From Acidihalobacter ferrooxydans (GTDB lineage Bacteria > Pseudomonadota > Gammaproteobacteria > DSM-5130 > Acidihalobacteraceae): a stretch of 32,000 nt of DNA. A program made the translations under genes and the position numbers. Location: assembly GCF_001975725.1 (NCBI RefSeq), contig NZ_CP019434.1, positions 2,775,322 to 2,807,321 on the forward strand, read 5' to 3'. This document shows, piece after piece, positions 7,398-17,705 of the stretch. The number at the start of each line of letters is the position of its first letter. Position 1 is the stretch's first letter. The notes below the pieces were generated by a model. That model did not search any database and had not been told where the DNA came from. It saw nothing but the letters and a program-made list of their open reading frames with translations.

Positions 7398-9284
7398 ATG
7401 ACCTACCCACTACTCAATTCGATCGACAGCCCGCAAGACGTGCGGGCACTCAACCCTGCGCAGTTGCAATCACTCGTCGACGAGCTGCGCGCCTTCATCA
7501 TCGAGTCGGTTTCCAGCACCGGCGGACATCTTGCGTCCAACCTCGGTACCGTCGAGCTCACCGTGGCCCTGCATTACGCGTTCCACACCCCGCAGGATCG
7601 CCTGGTATGGGACGTTGGCCATCAGGCCTACGCGCACAAGATTCTCACCGGACGCCGCGGCGCGATGGGCACCCTGCGCCGCAAGGCCGGACTCGCCGGT
7701 TTCCCAAAGCGCAACGAAAGTCCTTACGACACCTTCGGTGTCGGACATTCCAGCACCTCGATCAGTGCCGCCCTGGGCATGGCGCTGGCGGCAAAGCAGC
7801 AACACAGCGCACGCAAGGTCGCCGCCATCATTGGCGACGGCGCGTTGACCGCCGGCATGGCCTACGAAGCCCTGTGCCACGCCGGCAGCCTCGATGCTGA
7901 CCTGCTGGTGATTCTCAACGATAACGACATGTCGATCTCGCCCAACGTCGGCGCGATGTCGAACTACCTCACCCACCTGCTCTCGTCACGCGTCTACTCG
8001 AACCTGCGCGAAGGCAGCAAAGAACTCCTGAAACGTCTGCCGCCGGTGTGGGAAGTCGCCCAGCGCACACGCGAACACCTGCGCGGCATGATCATCCCCG
8101 GCACGCTGTTCGAAGAAATGGGCTTTCATTATTTCGGCCCCATCGACGGACACGACGTTGGCCTGCTGACCAAGACCCTGAGCAACCTGCGCGAACTCAA
8201 GGGACCGCGCCTGCTGCACATCGCCACCCGCAAGGGCAAAGGCTACGCGCAGGCAGAAGAAGATCCCGTCACCTATCATGGCGTCAGTCGTTTCGATCCG
8301 GCAAACGGCATCCAACCAAGCACTGGCGCGCCCGGCCAACCCACCTACACCCAGGTCTTCGGCCAATGGCTGTGCGACATGGCCCGGAAGGATGAGCGAC
8401 TGGTCGGCATCACGCCAGCCATGCGCGAAGGCTCCGGCCTGGTCGAATTCTCCAAACGCTTTCCGGAACGCTATTACGACGTCGCCATCGCCGAGCAGCA
8501 TGCTGTCACTCTGGCGGCCGGCATGGCCTGCGACGGCCTCAAGCCGGTTGTGGCAATCTACTCGACCTTCCTGCAACGCGGGTACGATCAGCTGATCCAC
8601 GACGTTGCCCTGCAGAGACTGCCTGTGCTGTTCGCCATCGACCGCGCCGGTCTCGTCGGCCCCGACGGGCCGACACACGCCGGCAGTTTCGACCTGAGTT
8701 ACATGCGCTGCCTGCCGAACATGGTCATCATGGCGCCATCGGATGAAAACGAATGCCGCCAGATGCTCTACACCGGCTTCATGCATGACGGCCCCGCCGC
8801 CGTGCGCTATCCGCGCGGCAAGGGACCCGGCAAGCCGATTCAGGAGACCATGACAGCCCTGCCGCTCGGCAAGGCCGAGTCGCTGCGCGCGGGTTCCGAA
8901 GTCGCTCTATTGTGCTTCGGCGCGCCGCTCACGGCCGCACGCGCCGTCGCCGAAAGCCTCGACGCGACGCTGATCAACATGCGTTTCGTCAAACCGCTCG
9001 ACGAGGCACTGATCACCGAGTTGGCCAAAACCCACCGCCTGCTCGTCACCCTCGAAGAAAACGCCATCGCCGGCGGCGCCGGCAGTGCAGTCAACGAATT
9101 CCTCGCCGCGCAGAACCTGTCCGTCGACACCCTCAACCTGGGGCTGCCCGACCGATTCCTCGACCACGCCAATCGTGAAGAGCTTCTTGCCGAGGCCGGT
9201 ATCGACGCCGAAGGCATCCGCAAGGCCATCGCCGTCCGGCTGGCCGACGCCGGGAAGATTGTCCCGCATCGCCGCATCCGGTAA
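7398..9284 (+). CDS. dxs: 1-deoxy-D-xylulose-5-phosphate synthase
   Basis: Start motif [45 protein letters not shown]-binding region [14 protein letters not shown], and [18 protein letters not shown]. Confidence 0.96.
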   Translation: MTYPLLNSIDSPQDVRALNPAQLQSLVDELRAFIIESVSSTGGHLASNLGTVELTVALHYAFHTPQDRLVWDVGHQAYAHKILTGRRGAMGTLRRKAGLAGFPKRNESPYDTFGVGHSSTSISAALGMALAAKQQHSARKVAAIIGDGALTAGMAYEALCHAGSLDADLLVILNDNDMSISPNVGAMSNYLTHLLSSRVYSNLREGSKELLKRLPPVWEVAQRTREHLRGMIIPGTLFEEMGFHYFGPIDGHDVGLLTKTLSNLRELKGPRLLHIATRKGKGYAQAEEDPVTYHGVSRFDPANGIQPSTGAPGQPTYTQVFGQWLCDMARKDERLVGITPAMREGSGLVEFSKRFPERYYDVAIAEQHAVTLAAGMACDGLKPVVAIYSTFLQRGYDQLIHDVALQRLPVLFAIDRAGLVGPDGPTHAGSFDLSYMRCLPNMVIMAPSDENECRQMLYTGFMHDGPAAVRYPRGKGPGKPIQETMTALPLGKAESLRAGSEVALLCFGAPLTAARAVAESLDATLINMRFVKPLDEALITELAKTHRLLVTLEENAIAGGAGSAVNEFLAAQNLSVDTLNLGLPDRFLDHANREELLAEAGIDAEGIRKAIAVRLADAGKIVPHRRIR

Positions 9285-9312
9285 TATCCGACTATTTCAA
9301 TCAAGTAAAATC

Positions 9313-9696
9313 ATGCCCGCCACCTACCTGCTTACCGTACACACCGACTTTGCCGCCGCGCATACCCTGCGCGATTATCCCGGCGACTGCAGCCGCTTGC
9401 ACGGACATAACTGGAAACTCGAAGCGCAGGTACGCGCCACAGCCCTGAACGATGTCGGCATGGCCATTGACTTCAAGGCGATCAAGAGCGTCGCGCGCGA
9501 AGTGGCCGGCGAACTCGATCATCGTTATCTGAACGAACTCCCGCCCTTTACCACGGTCAACCCTACAGCGGAGAACATCGCCGCCTACATCTATCGGCAG
9601 ATGTCCGCACGACTCGACACGGACACCGCGCGCGTAAGCGCGGTCACGCTGTGGGAGACCGATCGCGCCTGTGTGCGCTACAGCGAGGACACATGA
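9313..9696 (+). CDS. queD: 6-carboxy-5,6,7,8-tetrahydropterin synthase (QueD)
   Basis: FAAAHTL...[45 protein letters not shown]. Confidence 0.93.
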   Translation: MPATYLLTVHTDFAAAHTLRDYPGDCSRLHGHNWKLEAQVRATALNDVGMAIDFKAIKSVAREVAGELDHRYLNELPPFTTVNPTAENIAAYIYRQMSARLDTDTARVSAVTLWETDRACVRYSEDT

Positions 9697-10508
9697 ATCA
9701 AAACCGCAGTGCCGCCGATTTCGCGGCAGACATCCCCGATGTCCAGAGCAGCCCTGACGAACGACACGTCGCCATCAACCGCGTCGGCATCAAGAGCCTG
9801 CGCCACCCGCTGCGCATTCTGAGCCGCGATGGCAGCGTACAGGCCACCGTCGCCAGTGCCGACATGTACGTGAACCTGCCGGCCGACCGCAAGGGCACTC
9901 ACATGTCACGTTTCGTGGCGCTGCTGAACGAAATCGCGCATCCACTGGATATCCCGGCATTTGAAACCCTGTTGATCGACATGAACCAGCGCCTCGGCGC
10001 CGAGGAAGGCCATATCGAACTGCGCTTCCCGTTCTTCGTGCGCAAGACCGCGCCGGTTTCCGGCGTCGAAAGCCTCATGGACTACGACGCATCGCTGATC
10101 GGCGAACTACGCAATGGCGAGGTTCGCATCAGTCTGCATGTAGTCGTTCCGGTGACCAGTCTGTGTCCGTGCTCGCGCGACATCTCCGAATACGGCGCGC
10201 ATAACCAGCGCTCACACATCACGCTTCGCGCCCGCATCAACCAGCCCATGTGGTTCGAGGACCTGATTGACACCGCGGAAGAAGCGGGCTCCTGCGAGTT
10301 ATTCGGCCTGCTCAAACGGCCAGACGAAAAATTCGTCACTGAACGCGCGTATGAGAATCCGAAATTCGTCGAAGATGCCGTGCGGGATCTGGCCGTGCGC
10401 CTGAACACCGAATCACGCATTGATGCCTATGTGATCGAATGCGAAAACTTCGAGTCGATTCACAACCACTCGGCCTACGCATGCATCGAACGCGATAAAA
10501 CGCGTTAA
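9693..10508 (+). CDS. folE2: GTP cyclohydrolase FolE2 (type IB)
   Basis: [69 protein letters not shown]. Confidence 0.95.
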   Translation: MNQNRSAADFAADIPDVQSSPDERHVAINRVGIKSLRHPLRILSRDGSVQATVASADMYVNLPADRKGTHMSRFVALLNEIAHPLDIPAFETLLIDMNQRLGAEEGHIELRFPFFVRKTAPVSGVESLMDYDASLIGELRNGEVRISLHVVVPVTSLCPCSRDISEYGAHNQRSHITLRARINQPMWFEDLIDTAEEAGSCELFGLLKRPDEKFVTERAYENPKFVEDAVRDLAVRLNTESRIDAYVIECENFESIHNHSAYACIERDKTR

Positions 10509-10608
10509 CAGGCAGTAAACAGGCAGTAGCCGCCATCCGGGCGGATGCGCGGGAAGCAATGGCAGATGCCGTGAGCAGATAGTCTGTCGATTGCCGGACG
10601 CAACCGGC

Positions 10609-11373
10609 TCAGAGGCTGCGCCACCCGCTGCCCTCATCCTGCGCGGCGACCGCAATGCGCTCAGTATCATCTCCCAAGCCGGCGATTAACGCCGCACGGG
10701 CATGCGACGGCGTATTGTTTTTTTCGCTGACATGCGCACCGATCAGCCAGCGCAGGCGCGACGTATCGAGCCGGGCCAGTAGCGCCGCTGCCTGATCGTT
10801 GCCCAGATGTCCGTAGTTACCGCCGACCCGCGCCTTCAGTGCAGGCGGATACGGCCCACGTCGTAGCAGTTCGGGCTCGTAGTTACACTCCAGCACCAGG
10901 GCATCCACACCCGCCAGCATGCGTTCAATATGCGGGGTGATGCTCCCCGTATCGGTCAGTTGCCCCAGGCGCACGTCACCGTCGCTGAACACAAACTGCG
11001 CCGGCTCGCGCGCATCGTGCGGAACCGGAAACGGATGCAGTTGAATATCGCCCACCGCAAACACGTCATGCGCGTGAAACTGTTCGATGCGATAAAAACC
11101 GGTATCGCGGCAGGCTGCCAGGGTACCCGCCGTCAGCCACACCGGCAGCCTGTAGCGGCGCGACAACCGTGCCGCGCCGGACAGATGATCACTGTGCTCA
11201 TGCGTAATCAGGATTGCGCCAATATCCTCCCCACGCAGCCCGAGGCGCGCCAGGCGGCGATCCACTTCTCTGACTGAGAATCCGCAATCCAGCAGCAGGC
11301 GGGTGCCGCCAGATTCGATCACGCACGCATTACCTCGACTCCCGCTGCCGAGTGAGGCGTAACGCAGACTCAC
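10609..11373 (-). CDS. MBL fold metallo-hydrolase (YycJ/WalJ-like)
   Basis: YASLGSGSRGNACVIESG, metal-binding THEHSDHLSG, LECNYE, and NYGHLGNDQAAALL. Confidence 0.87.
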   Translation of the reverse strand: MSLRYASLGSGSRGNACVIESGGTRLLLDCGFSVREVDRRLARLGLRGEDIGAILITHEHSDHLSGAARLSRRYRLPVWLTAGTLAACRDTGFYRIEQFHAHDVFAVGDIQLHPFPVPHDAREPAQFVFSDGDVRLGQLTDTGSITPHIERMLAGVDALVLECNYEPELLRRGPYPPALKARVGGNYGHLGNDQAAALLARLDTSRLRWLIGAHVSEKNNTPSHARAALIAGLGDDTERIAVAAQDEGSGWRSL

Positions 11374-11377
11374 GCGC

Positions 11378-12469
11378 TTACGTCAGACCACTCAGCAAAC
11401 GCTTCAGCACCTCATGCGCAGCGGCTGGCGCCAAGGGTTTCCCCTTGGCGTCGAGCGCATGGACGACAACGGCATTACCTGTGGTCGAAGCGACCACCTT
11501 GATCTTGAACTCCGCGCCTTGATTGAGCACCGAACCGCCACCGAACAAGCGCTGCAGCGCATTGCTCTGACTCACGCCGACGTACTTCACGGTGTACAGC
11601 CCCGCCGCGCGATCCTGATGCTCGACGACCAGATCGACACGGTCGAGCCCGAGCCCGATCTGTGGCCAGGCCTGCGCGAAGGGCTGCGCGGCATCGATCA
11701 CCGTCGTGCCATCGGCAGTCGCCAGCGTGAACGCCGATGCGCCGGTTTTAGTGACCGCAGTCGCCAGCGTCGTGGCTTGCGCCTTGGGTGCGCCCATATA
11801 CACCATCAAGGCCTGCAGCAGGCTCGCTTCCTTGCCCGGATTGGGCGGCAACCATTGCCAGACCATGTCGCCCTGCGAATCCTTGGCCTTGATGGCCCCC
11901 TGGCCACTCAGGTAAAGCTCGGTTGTATCTGCTTTTGCTCCGCGCACCAAGCGGACAACATAACGCTCACGCGCACCCGACGCGGCCAGATTGAGCAACT
12001 GCCCCAGAAAACCCTTCGGCAGACCGGCGCTGCTCTTCCAGGCAGTGCGCAACACGCCCGTGCGGGCATCCGCCTCGACCAGGGTATAACCGCGCGCCTT
12101 GAAGAACGCCTCCAGTTTTGGCCACACCTGCCCCGGTTTGGCGTCGATACTCAACCAGCGAAATGCGCCTGCCTGCCGGAGGTGCATTTTCGGCACCACA
12201 GGCAACACGCCGGATTGCACGGCAACGCCCGCTTTTGGACCCGATTGGGCCGTACTCTGCGCGGCCGCACGCGTCGGCCCCAAACCCTGCGCCGGAGGAA
12301 TCGCAAAAGTACTTTCGGCTTTCGGCGCGCTCAGGTTCGGGGGCACTTGCAAACTCTGCGTCGAAGCATCCACCGGATAGGCCGAAGAACCACCCCACAG
12401 CGAGCAACCGCCCATGCCCAATACGGCTCCGAACAGAGCCGCACGGCGTAACACATTAAGCATTCGCAT
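11378..12469 (-). CDS. bamC: Outer membrane protein assembly factor BamC
   Basis: Lipoprotein signal LGMGGCSLWG, BamC-like domain, and placement immediately downstream of dapA. ATG 12469 preferred over 12520. Confidence 0.85.
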   Translation of the reverse strand: MRMLNVLRRAALFGAVLGMGGCSLWGGSSAYPVDASTQSLQVPPNLSAPKAESTFAIPPAQGLGPTRAAAQSTAQSGPKAGVAVQSGVLPVVPKMHLRQAGAFRWLSIDAKPGQVWPKLEAFFKARGYTLVEADARTGVLRTAWKSSAGLPKGFLGQLLNLAASGARERYVVRLVRGAKADTTELYLSGQGAIKAKDSQGDMVWQWLPPNPGKEASLLQALMVYMGAPKAQATTLATAVTKTGASAFTLATADGTTVIDAAQPFAQAWPQIGLGLDRVDLVVEHQDRAAGLYTVKYVGVSQSNALQRLFGGGSVLNQGAEFKIKVVASTTGNAVVVHALDAKGKPLAPAAAHEVLKRLLSGLT

Positions 12470-13352
12470 CTCCAGATAAAGCGACGCCGGCCTGACGCAT
12501 GGCCGCGCGCACCGTGTCATGACAGGACGGTGACAATGGCGTCAGTGGCAGCCGGATACCGTCCTCGATCAAGCCCATTTCATGCAACGCCCACTTGGAC
12601 GGAATCGGGTTGGATTCCACAAACAAGGCACTGTGCAATCCGGCAAGACGCGCATCGAACGCTTCGGCCTGCGCACGATCACCACGCAGCGCAGCAGCGC
12701 ACATGTCATGCATCAGCCGTGGCGCGATATTGGCCGTGACCGAGATCACGCCCTTGCCGCCGGCCAGGATCGACGCCATCCCTGTGGCATCGTCGCCACT
12801 GTAGACCGTGAGCCGGTCGCCACAACGGCGCACCAGCTCCTCGATCCGTTCGACCGCCCCCAAGGCTTCCTTGATACCGATGATATTGGTGATATCCGCC
12901 AGACGTGCAGTGGTTTCCGGGCGCATGTCCACCGCCGTGCGCCCTGGTACGTTATACACGATTTGCGGAATGGCGACCGCCTCGGCCACGGCCTTGAAAT
13001 GCCGGTAGAGACCTTCCTGAGTCGGCTTGTTGTAATAAGGCGTGACCAGCAGGCAGGCATCGGCACCGGCGTTCATCGCGCACCGGGTCAGCCGGATCGC
13101 CTCGGCCGTCGCATTGGCGCCAGTGCCGGCAATCAGAGGGACGCGCCCTCGCACCAGCTTCACGAAACGCTTGATCAGTTGACAATGCTCGTCGAAATCA
13201 ACCGTGGCCGACTCGCCGGTGGTGCCAACCGCGACAATCGCATCGGTACCGTTCTCGACATGAAACTCGATCAGGCGCGCCAAGGCGGCATCGTCGACCT
13301 CACCGTCGGCCCGCATCGGCGTGACCATCGCCACCATACTGCCGTGAAACAT
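12456..13352 (-). CDS. dapA: 4-hydroxy-tetrahydrodipicolinate synthase
   Basis: MFHGSMVAMVTPMRADGEVDDAALARLIEFHVENGTDAIVAVGTTGESATV, YYNKPTQEGLYRHFKAVAEA, NVPGRT. ATG 13352. Confidence 0.96.
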   Translation of the reverse strand: MFHGSMVAMVTPMRADGEVDDAALARLIEFHVENGTDAIVAVGTTGESATVDFDEHCQLIKRFVKLVRGRVPLIAGTGANATAEAIRLTRCAMNAGADACLLVTPYYNKPTQEGLYRHFKAVAEAVAIPQIVYNVPGRTAVDMRPETTARLADITNIIGIKEALGAVERIEELVRRCGDRLTVYSGDDATGMASILAGGKGVISVTANIAPRLMHDMCAAALRGDRAQAEAFDARLAGLHSALFVESNPIPSKWALHEMGLIEDGIRLPLTPLSPSCHDTVRAAMRQAGVALSGDANA

Positions 13353-13497
13353 GCCCTGCCCCTGAACCCTGACAAACCGCCATAGTACTTTCGGGCACAC
13401 CCACTGACAAGCCGCGTGAGACGCTGCGCGGCGCGTTTCGCACCCGCGCACGAACTGGTACTCTTTTGCCATGACAACCCAGCCCACGCGGAACAAC

Positions 13498-14028
13498 ATG
13501 AATACTCATCTGGTGGTATCGATCCTCGGCGAAGACCATCCGGGCATCGTCGAATCGATCGCCGACATCGTGCGCGACGCCGGCTGTAACCTGGAAGACA
13601 GCCGCATGAGCGTGCTCGGCGGCGCCTTCGCGATGATTCTCCTGGCCAGCGGCAACTGGAACACCACAACCAAACTCGAAAAAGCGTTCGACCGTCTCGC
13701 GCAGACCTCCGAACTGGTCATCACCACACAGCGCACGCAACGGCGCGCACCCTCCGGCAATCTCATCCCTTACGGCGTCGATGTCGTCGCGCTCGACCAG
13801 CCCGGGATCGTCTACGAACTGGCTAATTTCTTCGCTGCGCGCGGGGTCAACATTCAGAACATGACCACGGCCACCTATGCCGCTCCGCATACCGGCTCGC
13901 CGATGTTCTCACTGCACATGACGGTGGAAATTCCCGATCACGCCCATCTCGCCACACTGCGCGACGAATTTCTCGATTTATGTGATGACCTCAATCTCGA
14001 TGGCATCATGGAGCCGGTCAAGCATTGA
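13498..14028 (+). CDS. ACT-domain protein, GcvR family (glycine cleavage system transcriptional repressor-like)
   Basis: Tandem ACT domains: HLVVSILGEDHPGIVESIADIVRDAGCNLEDSRMSVLGGAFAMILL and DQPGIVYELANFFAARGVNIQNMTTATY. Confidence 0.82.
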   Translation: MNTHLVVSILGEDHPGIVESIADIVRDAGCNLEDSRMSVLGGAFAMILLASGNWNTTTKLEKAFDRLAQTSELVITTQRTQRRAPSGNLIPYGVDVVALDQPGIVYELANFFAARGVNIQNMTTATYAAPHTGSPMFSLHMTVEIPDHAHLATLRDEFLDLCDDLNLDGIMEPVKH

Positions 14029-14091
14029 ACGTCGCCGTTTGCAGCCCTCTACAAACCCTCCTCTCACCCACCTTCGCAAGGGAGATCCGCC

Positions 14092-14550
14092 ATGCCTGAC
14101 ATCGACCAAGCTGTCCCCGATTTTTCCGCCCCCTCGACCGGCGGCGACATCAGCCTGCACGCACTGCGCGGCCAGCATGTCGTGCTCTATTTTTATCCCA
14201 AGGACAACACCCCAGGCTGCACGACCGAAGGCACCGACTTTCGCGATGCCCACACCGATTTTCAGGCCGCCGGAGCGGTGATTTTCGGCGTGTCGCGCGA
14301 CAGCCTGAAATCGCACGAATCATTCAAGGCGAAGTTTGACTTCCCCTTTGAACTCATCTCGGATACGGACGAAACACTGTGCACTCTCTTCGACGTGATC
14401 AAGATGAAAAACATGTACGGAAAGCAGGTCAGGGGAATCGAGCGCAGCACCTTCCTGATCGATAAAGAAGGCGTGCTGCGGGCTGAATGGCGCAAGGTCA
14501 AGGTACCCGGCCATTGCGCCGCCGTGCTCGACGCCGTACGCGCACTTTGA
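14092..14550 (+). CDS. bcp: Thioredoxin-dependent peroxiredoxin (BCP/PrxQ)
   Basis: GQHVVLYFYPKDNTPGCTTEGTDFRD, GVSRDSLKSHESFKAKFDFPFELISD. Confidence 0.93.
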   Translation: MPDIDQAVPDFSAPSTGGDISLHALRGQHVVLYFYPKDNTPGCTTEGTDFRDAHTDFQAAGAVIFGVSRDSLKSHESFKAKFDFPFELISDTDETLCTLFDVIKMKNMYGKQVRGIERSTFLIDKEGVLRAEWRKVKVPGHCAAVLDAVRAL

Positions 14551-14619
14551 TGACTGCGCGCCGCACGTGTGCGGCGTTCACAACGAACGGAACATCATCA
14601 CCAGCATGGAGACTCGCGC

Positions 14620-16032
14620 ATGAGCAAGGCCGATTCGGGCAAGCGACTATTCGTTCTCGACACGAACGTGCTCATGCACGACCCCACCGCCCTGTTTCGC
14701 TTTCAAGAACACGACATCTATTTGCCGATGGTGGTGCTCGAAGAACTCGACCGCTCGAAAAAAGGCGTATCCGAAGTTGCGCGCAACGTCCGTCAGGTCA
14801 GCCGTTTTCTTGACGAAATCATCGGCCAACAGTCTGATAACGGCATCGCGGACGGGCTACCGATTGTTGTCGGGCACACCGACACCGGCCTGCCGAACGG
14901 CTGCAGCGGACGCCTGTTCTTCGAAACCGAACTGCTGCCCCAGACCTTACCCGATTCGCTGCCAGGCACGTCGGCCGACAACACCATTCTTGCTATCGCG
15001 CTGGCCCTGCAGAACGACGCCAGGCATCGGCGTGTCACACTGGTCTCCAAAGACATCAATCTACGCCTCAAAGCCAGCATCGTCGGCGTGCACGCCGAAG
15101 ACTACAACAACGACCAGGTCCTCGACGATGTCGACCTGCTCTATAGCGGCCAGCAGGAACTGGCCGCCGACTTCTGGGAAAGCCACAGCAAAAACATGGA
15201 GTCCTGGCAGGAGAACGGGCGAACGTTTTACCGCATGCACGGCCCGATGACCGGCAACTGGCACCCGAATCAGTGCCTCATACTACCCGGAGAGCAGGGC
15301 TTTTCCGCGCTCGTGCGCGAGGCCAGCGACGCTCACGCACTGATCGAGACCGCCACCGACTACAGCAGTCCACGGCACAGCGTCTGGGGTATTCATGCAC
15401 GCAATCCCGAGCAAAATTTCGCTCTAAACCTGCTGCTCGACCCCGAAATCGACTTTGTCACCCTGCTCGGCGCTGCCGGCACCGGCAAAACCCTGCTCAC
15501 GCTCGCCGCGGCGCTGATGCAAACGCTGGACGAGAACCGCTACAAGGAAATCATCATGACCCGCGTCACCGTGCCGGTGGGCGAGGACATCGGCTTCCTG
15601 CCCGGCACCGAAGAGGAAAAAATGACGCCCTGGATGGGGGCCCTGATGGACAACCTGGAAGTACTCACCCGCACCGATATCGGCGGCGAATGGGGCCAGG
15701 AAGCGACCAACGACCTGCTGCGCAATCGCATCAAGATCCGCTCGCTGAACTTCATGCGCGGGCGCACCTTTCTCAATCGCCTCCTCATCCTCGACGAAGC
15801 GCAAAATCTCACATCCAAGCAGATGAAAACGCTGATCACCCGCGCTGGCCCTGGCACTAAAATTGTTTGCCTGGGCAACATCGCGCAGATCGACACGCCT
15901 TACCTGACGGAGACCACCTCCGGCCTGACCTACGTCGTCGATCGCTTCAAGAACTGGCTACACAGCGGCCATATCATCCTGCGTCGCGGCGAACGCTCGC
16001 GGCTGGCCGATTTCGCATCGGACGCGCTATAA
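14620..16032 (+). CDS. PhoH family protein with N-terminal PIN domain
   Basis: PIN start FVLDTNVLMHDPTALFRFQEHDIYLPMVVLEELD, PhoH Walker A LGAAGTGKTLLTLAAAL, and LNFMRGRTFLNRLLILDEAQNLT. Confidence 0.94.
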   Translation: MSKADSGKRLFVLDTNVLMHDPTALFRFQEHDIYLPMVVLEELDRSKKGVSEVARNVRQVSRFLDEIIGQQSDNGIADGLPIVVGHTDTGLPNGCSGRLFFETELLPQTLPDSLPGTSADNTILAIALALQNDARHRRVTLVSKDINLRLKASIVGVHAEDYNNDQVLDDVDLLYSGQQELAADFWESHSKNMESWQENGRTFYRMHGPMTGNWHPNQCLILPGEQGFSALVREASDAHALIETATDYSSPRHSVWGIHARNPEQNFALNLLLDPEIDFVTLLGAAGTGKTLLTLAAALMQTLDENRYKEIIMTRVTVPVGEDIGFLPGTEEEKMTPWMGALMDNLEVLTRTDIGGEWGQEATNDLLRNRIKIRSLNFMRGRTFLNRLLILDEAQNLTSKQMKTLITRAGPGTKIVCLGNIAQIDTPYLTETTSGLTYVVDRFKNWLHSGHIILRRGERSRLADFASDAL

Positions 16033-16122
16033 CCCGACAAGCCTTCAGGCGCTCCGCCCTCGCTTGGTTCTTGAACCCAAAGCGCCGCACAATCATCGCC
16101 TCGCCTGAGGAATTATCAGGGT

Positions 16123-17193
16123 TCAAGGGAGAATTTCGGGCGGCGCGGTAGCGCGTCGCAGAGCATGCACCACAGCCTGCACCAGCGTGGCCAGCGGGAT
16201 GGCGAAAAACACACCCCACACCCCCCACAGACCGCCGAACAGCAACACTGCCGTCATGATTGCGACGGGATGCAGGCTGACCATCTCCGAGTACAGCACC
16301 GGCACCAGCAGATTACCGTCCAGAAACTGAACGATCACGTACGCACTCACGATATAGAGAAAATTGCTGGTAAATCCCCACTGGATATACGCCACGAACA
16401 GCACCGGCACTGTCACCACCGCAGCCCCGACATATGGAATGACCACCGACAGCCCCACAAGCACGGCCAGTAACAGTCCATAGTTCAAACCAAAGAAGGC
16501 AAACGCAATGTAGGTCGCCGCCCACACCAACAATATTTCGAGAATCTTACCGCGCACGTAGCCAACAAACTTGATGTTCACTTCCTGCCACACCTCGATC
16601 GCCAATGCACGCTGACGCGGCATCAGCCCGGCGACCCAGGTCAACAGCAGGTACTTGTCCTTGAGAAAGAAAAACACCAGCACCGGAACCAGAATCAAAT
16701 AAATTATCAACGTGATCAGGCCGATGACGGAAGCCAGCGACAGGCTCAGTACATGTTGCCCGGATGCTGCCAGCGCATGGCGTAGCTCGCCCATCAGCCC
16801 ATTAACTTGGGTCTGCGAGATGAAATGCGGATAACGCTCCGGCAAGGTCCGCAGCGCATCCTGCCCCTGCGCAACCATCTTGGGCAACTCGCGCATAAAC
16901 TCATTGGTCTGACTGATCAGCAACGGCACCATGCCGCCCACGAACAAGGCCACGCCGGCAATGAACACGATGAACATGACCCATACCGCCAGCAGTCGCG
17001 GCATGCCCAGCCGTCGCAGCCAATCGACCGCCCCATCCAGCACGAAGGCAATGACCAGCGCCGCAATCAACGGTGCAAGCAAGTGTCCGAACAGCAGCAC
17101 CACGCCGGCGCCCACCGCCAGCAGCAACGCCAGACTGACGATCTGCGGATTGGCAAAATAGCGTTGAAACCAGTCGCGCACAGGTTCGAGCAT
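16123..17193 (-). CDS. AI-2E family transporter (YdiK/PerM-like permease)
   Basis: Multiple transmembrane segments and characteristic GLNYGLLLAVLVGLSVVIPYVGA...DGNLLVPVLYSEMVSLHP. ORF track start is 17208 (GTG); ATG 17193 is preferred. Confidence 0.88.
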   Translation of the reverse strand: MLEPVRDWFQRYFANPQIVSLALLLAVGAGVVLLFGHLLAPLIAALVIAFVLDGAVDWLRRLGMPRLLAVWVMFIVFIAGVALFVGGMVPLLISQTNEFMRELPKMVAQGQDALRTLPERYPHFISQTQVNGLMGELRHALAASGQHVLSLSLASVIGLITLIIYLILVPVLVFFFLKDKYLLLTWVAGLMPRQRALAIEVWQEVNIKFVGYVRGKILEILLVWAATYIAFAFFGLNYGLLLAVLVGLSVVIPYVGAAVVTVPVLFVAYIQWGFTSNFLYIVSAYVIVQFLDGNLLVPVLYSEMVSLHPVAIMTAVLLFGGLWGVWGVFFAIPLATLVQAVVHALRRATAPPEILP

Positions 17194-17294
17194 GTCAGGG
17201 CCATCCACTGGCTGAGAGCATCGTACGACGGTGTTCGGTGTGCGCCGGATTCATGGTATCAGCCCCGTGAACCGTGGCACATTCATCCCTTGAT

Positions 17295-17705
17295 CTAAGC
17301 GGACGAATCAGATGTTTCCGCATCGTCAGTGCCCGTGAATTCCGCCACCACGCTACGGTAATGCGCTTCGAAGATGACCTCAAGTTCGTCAATTACATCC
17401 CTGGCCTCACGCCCCTGCATGACATGCTGCGCGACCAGCGCGGAAGTCTGATTGAGCATTTTCGCTTTATCGAGCATCGGATACGTGGCAGACAGGCGAC
17501 GTATCGCCTTGACGACCGACTCCTCCGCGGGCCGTGGATGCGGCACGGGCTTTGGCAGTTCACGCGGCTCATCGGCGACACGCGAAGCAAGAAATTCGGC
17601 GAATTCGAGCAGCGTTGCCTGCTGCGCTTCGGGCAATCGCCCAAAGATCCGCGTCAACCGCTTCTGCGGATCCCGAATCGCATTCAACGACGACGGCAAC
17701 ATCAT
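17295..17705 (-). CDS. Hypothetical protein cotranscribed with the GATase-like gene
   Basis: 136-aa ORF whose start overlaps the stop of the upstream gene by 4 nt. No family recognised. Confidence 0.6.
   Translation of the reverse strand: MMLPSSLNAIRDPQKRLTRIFGRLPEAQQATLLEFAEFLASRVADEPRELPKPVPHPRPAEESVVKAIRRLSATYPMLDKAKMLNQTSALVAQHVMQGREARDVIDELEVIFEAHYRSVVAEFTGTDDAETSDSSA

Noticed and set aside
11414-12451. 345-aa plus-strand ORF antisense to bamC
   Set aside because: Shadow ORF in high-GC DNA. No recognisable domain, composition rich in Arg/His/Gln, and bamC on the other strand is well supported.
16070-16127. Inverted repeat CTTGAACCC...GGGTTCAAG between phoH-like and AI-2E genes
   Set aside because: Only 9-bp arms with a 40-nt loop and no U tract. 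Could be a weak bidirectional terminator but is not strong enough to call.
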